From NCBI GenBank assembly GCA_951406725.2, contig OX597821.1, positions 84,196,001 through 84,260,000 of the forward strand: a stretch of DNA of 64,000 nucleotides, in the 5' to 3' direction. The notes under the pieces are model-generated. The model saw only the letters and a program-made list of their open reading frames with translations. It was not told where the DNA came from and ran no database searches. The stretch is from Octopus vulgaris (taxonomy: Eukaryota). Shown here one piece after another: positions 55,033-64,000 of the stretch. The stretch's first letter is position 1; each line of letters opens with the position of its first letter. The translations under genes were made by a program, and so were the position numbers.

Positions 55033-55132
55033 CACACACGCACACACGTACACGCACACATACCCTCCTCTCCTACATTTCTCTGCCTTTCACACTTTGC
55101 ACTCCACTTTGATCTGTCTCTTTCTCGCTCTC

Positions 55133-55163
<31 letters not shown>

Positions 55164-55374
55164 TCTCCTCCTCCTTTGTTCCTTATTCCCCTTTTTCTCT
55201 CTTCTCCCCCTCCTTAATTCATCTGTCCCTCTTTTCCTCTCTCTTCTCCTCACACGTGACTGACTGACCGATTGCCGGCCTTTCGTGCTTAGCAGTCGTC
55301 GCGGCAAGACACATTTTTTTCTCTCTGCCCTAAGGCATTTTTCTAACACGCCAGCTCAAAGTTTACTCGTCCTG

Positions 55375-55704
55375 TCGAAAAGACGCCTGTCTGTGACGTC
55401 CTGTTTTATTATTATTATTATTATCATTATTGTTTTTACGTATTTTTGTATTCTTATTCGTGTAACATCGTCCGTTTTTCCGTCCTTGTTTTGTATACAT
55501 TCGAGGCTTTATTCCAAGGAATCTAATGCACTTGGCTTAGATTTTCCTTTGGAGCTGGCCAGATCGGAGCAATCTCAAGATAAATCAGCCGAAATTGCGA
55601 GGATGATCCGGTTCTTGACTGAAGATCGAAGGCTTCGAATGTCCCGTCCGTGTTTTTTGTATCGTCTTCTAAATGTTTTGCGTTCTTGTCCCAGTTTGTA
55701 TTAA
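55375..55704 (+). mobile_element. Structured TA-tailed repeat family (copy A)
   Basis: Homologous to copies B and C. Long hairpin ccaaggaatctaa...ttagattttcctttgg; ends at tatata. Confidence 0.7.
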
Positions 55705-55712
55705 TATATATA

Positions 55713-55929
55713 TGAGAGTACTGAAAAGTTCCTGGCATTAAGGGTGTCGCGAAAGGCCTGGTTATTGGCCCAATCTTTCGAGTCCTTTTGCAGGGCTTAC
55801 AATTATTGAAGGACCGCTGCAATAAGTGTGTGAATCTGAGAGAGGGGATTATGTTGGATAAACTTATAATTAACTTATCCTCTTGTATATTCTTTTACCT
55901 AAAACTAGGAACTTTTCAGTAGCCCCTCG
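55713..55929. mobile_element. Mariner-derived MITE
   Basis: TIRs tactgaaaagttcctgg / ctaggaacttttcagta. Relatives at 61850-62051 and 52290-52385. Confidence 0.7.
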
Positions 55930-56237
55930 TGTGTAAGTGTGAGTGTGTGTGTGTGTGTATGTGTGTGTGTGCGTGCGTGTGTGTGTGTGTGTGCGAGCAT
56001 GTGTGTGCGTGCAAGCATGTGTGTGCGTGCGAGCATGTGTGTGCGTGTGTGTGTGTGTGCGAGCATGTGTATACGTGTGTGTGTGTGTTAGTATGTATGT
56101 ATATATCGATATTCATATAGATAGATAGGTAGACAGACAGACTGAGAGACAGGCAGGCAGACAAGCAGAGACAGGCAGACGGACAGACAGACAGACAGAT
56201 CGACAGATAGATAGATAGATAGATTGATTGATTGATT

Positions 56238-56301
<64 letters not shown>

Positions 56302-56652
56302 TAGAGAGAGGGAGAGATCTGAGAGATCACCATGAGGTAATCAGAAATAGTGAAACCTAACTTTGGTAGCCACTTTAGTGCATCACTTGTGTATCGCTCA
56401 TATATAGGAAGAAGCTGTTTCTTTCATACACACCCTGATTGTTTCGGGTTGCTCAAAACATTTCATGTCCGCCGCCCCATTGAAAGCTGTTGTCTTCGAA
56501 ATCCTTATTCATGGAAGCAGTGTGTCTTTGGTGTAGGTGATGGTTGGGATAGGATATGGATGACGCCTGGGTGAGAAAGGTTAAGGAGGAGCAAACAATA
56601 GTATCATCTCCATTGAAGTGTGTGATAAGAAGTGACAGAGAACAGGGCGCTC

Positions 56653-56919
<267 letters not shown>

Positions 56920-57028
56920 AAGAGAGAGAGATAAAGAGATAGGGGGAACGATACAATGGTAGATGTTAGCGAAACTTACGGTATATACACATACACATGC
57001 ACACGCAGAGAATACACGTGTGCGCATG

Positions 57029-57060
<32 letters not shown>

Positions 57061-58059
57061 AGTATGTATATATGTATATGTATGTGTATATATATATAAC
57101 TGTGCACTAACACACGTACACAATCAATGGCAGGCAGGTAATTTCACGGCTAGTGAAGCGTTTCAGTTGTAACCTGAGATTTGACAAAAGAGAAGAGTGA
57201 CATTTCAGAACAGATCTATGTTGGTGCGTCAGCTTAGGCTAATTGAAAGACAACAATAGCAAGCAACCATAGCAATGGCAACAATATTGACCATAGAAAT
57301 GACAGTGCCAGGAATATCCAAAAGAAAAAGAAAAAAAGGCACCACAACAACAACAATTAAAAAAATCGCTATCGTTCGGAGATCTGTAATCACCCGACTC
57401 TACTCTCCATTTCCTGAAAGCTTCCATTAAATCCTTGTCGCTTTGTCGCTGTCACAACTCTCCACACTTCTGCATATTTTATACCTCAACATTCTGTTCT
57501 CTTACTAATAATATCAGCTATTCTCAGTCACCCAGACATCCAATATTTGCGTTAATTAAGATCCTTTATAAAGCCGTACGTACATTGGCGACGTCACAAG
57601 ATGACAGCCTTTAGCGATAACAAAAACGCAAACCTTATTTATCTTTCAAAAGGAAACCTTCCACCTCACCACACACAAATACACACAAACACACAAATAC
57701 ACACAAACACACAAATACACACAAACACACCTCGGATCATACATGAACGTAAATACCATTTTTTCTATAATGAAGAAATTCTTCAAGTTCAAGCAACTGT
57801 TGTTTTTGTGCGAGGCCCAATATAAATATTATTGAGTACTGTTCGTTCGAAAGTCTGAACCGGGAAACGCATAATGGTGAAGCGAACTTCTTAACCGCAC
57901 AGATAAACTTCATCACTTCACCTGTTACAAACAGCAGCCAAATGGCTTCAAAATAACACCCAAACATCTTAAAGAATTAAGGACTTGTCTGATAACAAAG
58001 TACTCCGCCTCTCTTTCTATTTTATACATGCATACATATGCACTAAAATTTGTTTGTAA

Positions 58060-58277
58060 ATGCTTAAAGGAGAATCAGGATAAACTGAGAAATCGACCGG
58101 CTAATTCATACATTACAAGTGCAATCTGTAAGTGGAACAGTAAAAATATGCAAAACTTTTCTCAAGTTCCAAATGTGAATTTGTCTGTGTTAACTACAGC
58201 CAAAAGATAGAGCCTTGTGTCTTTGTTGGAAACCGGCTCCCTCCTCAGTGGAAGATTTATAATTAAAAACTAGAAGA
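58060..58277 (+). mobile_element. 3' terminus of second RLE retrotransposon lineage, ending at (CATA)n
   Basis: Encodes RLIHTLQVQSVSGTVKICKTFLKF*, matching the C-terminus at 59195-59268. Hairpin gagcc...ggctc at 58210-58239, then (CATA)n. Confidence 0.7.
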
Positions 58278-58355
58278 CATACATACATACATACATACAT
58301 ACATACATACATACATACATACATACATACATACATACATACATACATACATACA

Positions 58356-60275
58356 TGCCCAAAGAAGTCTACCGCAACCTATCATCAGATGAAAGAATGA
58401 GTCTGTGTGAGCAGAAGACTTGCATGGCTATGTTAGTAGAAAGCTACGTGATGATAGTTTATCATGGACCAATTGCCGGATTACTAACTCCCACTCTGAA
58501 GGGTATGACTTTGCAATCCAGGAACAGGAAATATCATCAAAGCAGTTTATCATGGACCAATTGCCGGATTACTAACTCCCACTCTGAAGGGTATGACTTT
58601 GCAATCCAGGAACAGGAAATATCAACCAAGTACCTGATGCGTAAAAGGGATAGAGATGCAGGAGAAGCAGTAAAATGTGACAACCGATGCAGACTTTGTG
58701 GAGTTAACACTGAAGATATCACCCACATCATAAGAAGTTGTATGAAAATGACATCACGGTATTATCTACCGATGAGGCATGATGTTGTAGCCAAGACCCT
58801 ATAATGAAATCTGTCGGAGGATAATCCCGAGGACAAAGAAATAAGAACCCACAATATGGTAGAAGCCAAAGTCACTCATAATAAAAAGGAATACTGGTGG
58901 AATGTACCAGTGAAGACTTCAATAAAATGTAAGCACAACAGACCTGATATAATGATTTGGGATAGAGAAGAGAAACTGTGCACAGTTGTGGAAATTAGCT
59001 GCCCGGCAGATGTTAACATAAAGCTGAAAATCAGTGAAAAAGAGAACATATATACTGAACTATTAAGAAACTGCAGTTACTCTGTCCAGATTACAAGTTC
59101 AGGTTTATACCTGTAATTATTGGGGCCCCTGGGAGATGTAGCACACTATCTATATACCAATCTTGAGAAATTAGGCTTCTCAAAATCAGAAAGAAGAAAG
59201 CTAATTCGAAGACTACAGATCCATGGAACTGTAAAAATCTGTAAAACTCTCTAGAAGTTTATCATTTAGATATATATGAACATGTCTAGATATGCAACTA
59301 TGTGCATGAGAATACGTACATACAACATACAAATCTGCACGTACATACATACATATATACATACATACATACAGACAGACAGACAGACAGACAGACATGA
59401 TGGCCGTCCACTCATGACCGAAGAAGACTATTGCTGACATTCAAGAACATTGTGTGCTCTAGGATATCGGGGGGGGGGGGGGGAACAGCACCTATCGAGC
59501 AGAGGTCAGCAACGCCTGTGCAGAGTTTTAGGTCCAATAAGGCTAGCATGACCCCTCACTGACCCTCTCCACTCTACTGATATTATCGAGAGACAAGCCA
59601 GAGCAAGATGTCTGATGCCAATATGAGTCGCAGGCTCAGGGATGTGGGAGCGCCGTGATTTCTAGCACAAACCAAAGAGACCCAAAATGTCCAATGCCAT
59701 TCCCTGCATATCTAGTTTTATATCAGAGTGACCTTCTCTTAGAGACATGCTTCAACAGAAGCTGATAGGTACCTCCCTCCTAGTGGTCTTCCAGCACGCC
59801 GGACACCATCCCGGCATTTTTGCGTACCCGTGCTATTGCGAGATAGCCGTTGAGCTTGCATTAGGTTCAGCCAACCTTTCAAATGGTCTTGTTTTTAATC
59901 CTGCTGGGTTTCTAGCAACCCTCCTCACCAGGGTAGCCTAGTGGGGGTGCCAGTTTAGTCACCGTCAACCCGATCATGCAACAGGCTGTACTGAATTCCA
60001 TGCTACCATATACATACATACATACATACATACATACATACATACATACATACATACATACATACATACATACATACATACATACATACATACATGCATG
60101 CATACATACATACATACATGCATACATACATACATACATACATACATACATACATACATACATACATACATACATACCCTGTTGTTGATGTTGAAATTCC
60201 AATCTAAGTTAGATCTAAGTTAGAAACCGGTTCTTTTTCTATTGGCAAGAAATCTTGAAATAAACTGAATAATGA
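58356..60275 (+). mobile_element. 5'-truncated decayed RLE retrotransposon in (CATA)n, interrupted by an RTE derivative
   Basis: AIQEQEI, CRLCG..EDITHII.SC, RHDVV, HNRPDIMIWD..VVEISCP, IPVIIGALG. The 3' UTR resumes at 60178-60275 (..agaaaccggttc..) and resembles 58210-58277. Confidence 0.85.
59398..60008 (-). mobile_element. Non-autonomous bipartite RTE derivative (putative 5' UTR + 3' end)
   Basis: 59398-59465 aligns with the RTE 3' terminus at 7031-7095. The rest is non-coding and GC-richer; its assignment as 5' UTR is inferred. Confidence 0.55.
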
Positions 60276-60299
60276 CAAACACAAACATCAGCACATTCC

Positions 60300-60520
60300 C
60301 ATCAAAATAGAAAAAGAGAAAGCGTAACAGGACAGATATTGTTGTTTGGGACTGACAAGAAAAAGTATATATCGACATAGAGGTCAGCTGTCCTGCTCAT
60401 GTGAACATCTCTTTGAAAATCAAAAAGAAAGGAGATATCTATGGACAACTGCTTCAAAACTCCCAGCTACTGTGTCCCGATTACAAATTTGCATTTATAC
60501 CAATATATTGATATCGGGGA
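60300..60520 (+). mobile_element. Older RLE fragment of the same (CATA)-associated lineage
   Basis: RTDIVVWD*QEKVYIDIEVSCPAHVNISLKI...IYGQLLQN, homologous to 58940-59075. Confidence 0.75.
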
Positions 60521-61298
60521 GGATTCTTTATGGTGGTCTTTTGATTCTTGGACATATAACTTATACCAAAAGTGTAAGAATTAAAATGAAATCAACAATA
60601 ATAGAGAATGCACTACAAATTTTACGTGGCTACCCTAGACATGGCTGTGTGGTAAGAAGCTTGCTTCCCAACCATATCGTTCTGGTTTCAGTCCCACTGC
60701 GTGGCGCCATAGACAAGTGTCTTCTATTATAGCCCCGAGCCGATCAAAGCTTTGTGCGTGGATTTAGTAGACGGAAACTGAAAGAAGCATACCGTCTATG
60801 TGTGTGTGCGAGTTTGTCTTTGCCCCCACCACCACCACCATCACCACCGCCGCTTGACAACCGCTGTTGTATTTAGGTTCCTGTAAGTTAGCGGTTCGAC
60901 AAAGAGACAAATAGAATAAGTTCTAGGCCTGAAAAAATAAGTCCTGGGGATGATTTCTTCATGGCGGTGCTTCAGCATGGCCGCAGTCAAATGGCTGAAA
61001 CCTGCAATAGATAGAAAAAACAACAAACAATAAAAAAAAAACAAGGAAAGAACAGAAGCGAGCAAGGTTCTACGGAAGGCTGATTCTCCGTTTTCTGTGA
61101 CCCACATATATTTCTTTCTTGAACTTGACGCTGGATTACTCATAAGTGCCAGTTACGTAAACTAGGGCATCGGGAATTTGAAGTGTTTTGCTTAAGGAAA
61201 CATGACCGATAGAGGAACTGAAACCGCAGTCGTACGATCATGAGTGTAACAACCTAACCACCAAGGCCGCACCTTCACGAAACAAAAGTTGCTTTGTT

Positions 61299-61343
<45 letters not shown>

Positions 61344-61849
61344 TATGAAGGGGGGGCGGTGTACACAAATACATACATATGGAGTGGCTGTGTACTAAGA
61401 AACTTACTTCCCAGCCACATGATTCCGGGTTCAGTCCCACTGCGTGGCACCTTGGGCAAGTGTCTTCTACTATAGCCTTGGGCCAACCAAAGCCTTGTGA
61501 GTGGATTTGGTAGACGGAAACTGAAAGAAGCCCGTTGTATATACATATATATATGTGTATGTATTACGTATGTACGTACGTATGTGTGTATGTATGATGC
61601 ATGTATGCCTGTATGTATGTATTTGTGTGTCTGTGTTTGTCCCCCCACCATCACTTGACAACCGATGTTGGTGAGTTTACGTCCCCGTAAATTGGCTGTT
61701 CAACAAAAGATGCCGATTGAATAAGTAACAGGCTTACAAAGAATAAGTCCCGAGATCGATTTGTTTGACGAAAGGCGGTGCTCCAGCATGGCCGCAGTCA
61801 AATGACTGAAACAAGTAAAAGAATAAAAGAATATATATACACACACACA

Positions 61850-62051
61850 CGAGGGGGTGCTGAAAAGTTCCTGGCTTTGGGTAAAAGAAGATACAGGAGA
61901 ATCTGTTAGTTGTGATTTTATTTAATATATTTCTCTCTCAGAATCTCACACTTATTGCAAGTTCTTCAGTTTTTTCTAAGCCCTGTAAAAGAACTCGGAA
62001 GGTTGGGCCTCGAAACACCCTTAAAACCAGAAACTTTTTAGCATCCCCTCA
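61850..62051. mobile_element. Mariner-derived MITE
   Basis: gagggggtgctgaaaagttcctgg ... ccagaaactttttagcatcccctc. Confidence 0.75.
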
Positions 62052-62076
62052 TATATAAAGTTATTTTTATTATAGG

Positions 62077-62475
62077 CTAGCAGTATCGCCCGGCGTTGCT
62101 CGGGTTTGTAAGGGAAATAACTATATAAGCATTTTTAGAGATGTAAAGTATAATAGCCATCTCAATATAGCTAACCACAAAGGGGGGGGGTGTTACTGTA
62201 GCCTTTTACGTTCTGAGATTTAATAATACATTTTTAGAGAGTTACTTCCCTTGTATATGCCAAAAATGCATTAAAAAATGGGAAAAATTGATGGTAAATC
62301 ATTTTTAAAATCGTAGACTCATCGTAGACGCGCGCTAATACCCAGAAGGGCTCGATATGAATCACGACTATAAGATACCCGCTTTTGGTTAAACTGCACC
62401 GCAAAATGTGGGAGTGGTTAGGAATCTAAATCGTAGGAGACAGAAAGCACACAACCTCACTTTTACATATAAAGA
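62077..62475 (-). mobile_element. Helitron-like non-autonomous element (same family as 40953-41348)
   Basis: Shared termini and body; TC...CTAG ends with subterminal hairpin. Confidence 0.8.
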
Positions 62476-62532
62476 TTAATGTTTTCGTTTCTCAATATCA
62501 TCGTTTGATTAACTTATTTAAGATGGCACAGC

Positions 62533-63590
62533 GCGGCGAGTTGGCATAATCGTTAGCGCGCGGGGCGAAATGCGTAGCCGTATTTCGTCTGCCGTTACGT
62601 TCTGAGTTCAAATTCCGCCGAGGTCGACTTTGCCTTTCATCCTTTCGGGGTCGATTAAATAAGTACCAGTTACGCACTGGGGTCAATATACTCGAGTTAA
62701 TCTGTGTGTCTGTCCTTGTTTGTCCCCTCTGTGTTTATCCCCTTGTGGGTAGTAAAGAAATAGGTATTTCGTCTGCCGCTGCGTTTTGTGTTCGAATTCC
62801 GCCGCGGTTAACTTTGCCTTTCATAATTTCGGGGTCGATTAGATAAGTACCAGTTTCGCACTGGGGTCGATGTTATCGACTTCTCCTCTCCTCGCAAATT
62901 TCAGGCCTTGTTCCTATAATAGGTAGGATATATATCAAAAAAATATATTAGGGCGGCGAGCTGGCAGAATCGTTAGCACACCGGGCGAAATGCTTTACGT
63001 TCTGAGTTCAAATTCTTTCGCGGTCGACTTTGTCTTTCATCCTTTCGGGGTCGATAAATTAAGTACCCCTCCCCAAAATTTCGGATCTTGTGCCTAGAGT
63101 AGAAAAAAATATTGTCGTTTGATTAACTTATTTAAGGAGGCATTATTAAAAAAATGTGTTAGGGCGGCGAGCTGGCAGAATCGTGGGCAAAACGGTTAAC
63201 GGTTTTTCATCTGCGCTATGTTCTGAGTTCAAATTCTACCGGGGTCGACTTGGCCTTTTATCCTTTCTGGGTCGACTAAATAAATGGGGGTCATTGTAAT
63301 CGACTTAATCCCTTCCCCCAAATTTTAGGCCTTGCGCTTCCAGTATAAAGGATTATTAAAAAAATATATTAGAGCGGCGAGCTGGCAGAATCGTTAGCAC
63401 ACCGGGAAAAATGCTTAATAGTATTTCGTCCCTCTTTACGTTCTGAGTTCAAATTCCGCCGAGGTTGATTTTGACTTTTATCTTTTCAGGGTCGATAAAT
63501 CAAGCACCAGTAAAACACTGGGGCAGATGTAAGCGACTAATCTCCTCCCCACAAATTTCAGGCCTTGTGCCTATAGTAGAAAGGATTATT
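62533..63590 (+). mobile_element. Tandem cluster of SINE family B copies
   Basis: Five core units in the same orientation. Confidence 0.85.
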
Positions 63591-63681
63591 AAAAAATATA
63601 TGAAGCCTTTCTTATTAAAAAGAAATGGTTCATATCAGAGTAATTTCGAACTCATTTCGACAAGTCAATAATATATTTGAA

Positions 63682-64000
63682 GGAGGCGCAATGGCCCAGT
63701 GGTTAGGGGCAGCGGACTCGCGGTCGTAGGATCGCGGTTTCGATTCCCAGACCGGGCGTTGTGAGTGTTTATTGAGCGAAAACACCTAAAGCTCCACGAT
63801 GCTCCGGCAGGGGATGGTGGTGATCCCTGCTGTACTCTTTCACCACAACTTTCTCTCACTCTTACTTCCTGTTTCTGTTGTACCTGTATTTCAAAGGGCC
63901 GGCCTTGTCACTCTCTGTGTCACGCTGAATATCCCCGAGAACTACGTTAAGGGTACACGTGTCTGTGGAGTGCTCAGCCACTTACACGTTAATTTCACGA
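63682..64000 (+). mobile_element. tRNA-headed SINE (family C head, alternative tail), runs off the window end
   Basis: Head like 8418; tail like 22430-22610. Confidence 0.8.

Noticed and set aside
62533-63590. Regularly spaced repeats superficially like a CRISPR array
   Set aside because: Eukaryotic tandem SINE copies with long homologous bodies and no unique spacers or cas genes.

Overview
Repeat-saturated, microsatellite-rich animal genomic DNA. It is most likely intronic or intergenic sequence from a cephalopod (Octopus-like), inferred from the SINE families and SSR load. I find no confident host gene; nearly all listed ORFs are microsatellite or SINE artefacts. The one long real ORF (44677-47694, +) is a young, 5'-truncated R4/Dong-clade non-LTR retrotransposon (RT + CCHC knuckle + restriction-like endonuclease) sitting in (TAA)n. 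Three decayed relatives and a ~560-bp non-coding element also end at (TAA)n, and most share a 3' stem-pentaloop. A second RLE lineage is stacked at (CATA)n (58060-60520). Other elements: a Penelope GIY-YIG remnant, a full-length DD37D (maT) transposon, mariner, CR1, RTE and Tx1 relics, Helitron-like non-autonomous elements, and dozens of tRNA-SINE copies. The most notable RNA-level signals are (i) a non-coding tandem-plus-inverted ~470-bp unit with a type I minimal hammerhead ribozyme (retrozyme-like, 14352-15141) and (ii) a repeat family whose hammerhead core words and helices I/III occur in a non-circularly permuted order (55569-55634, 26941-26996).
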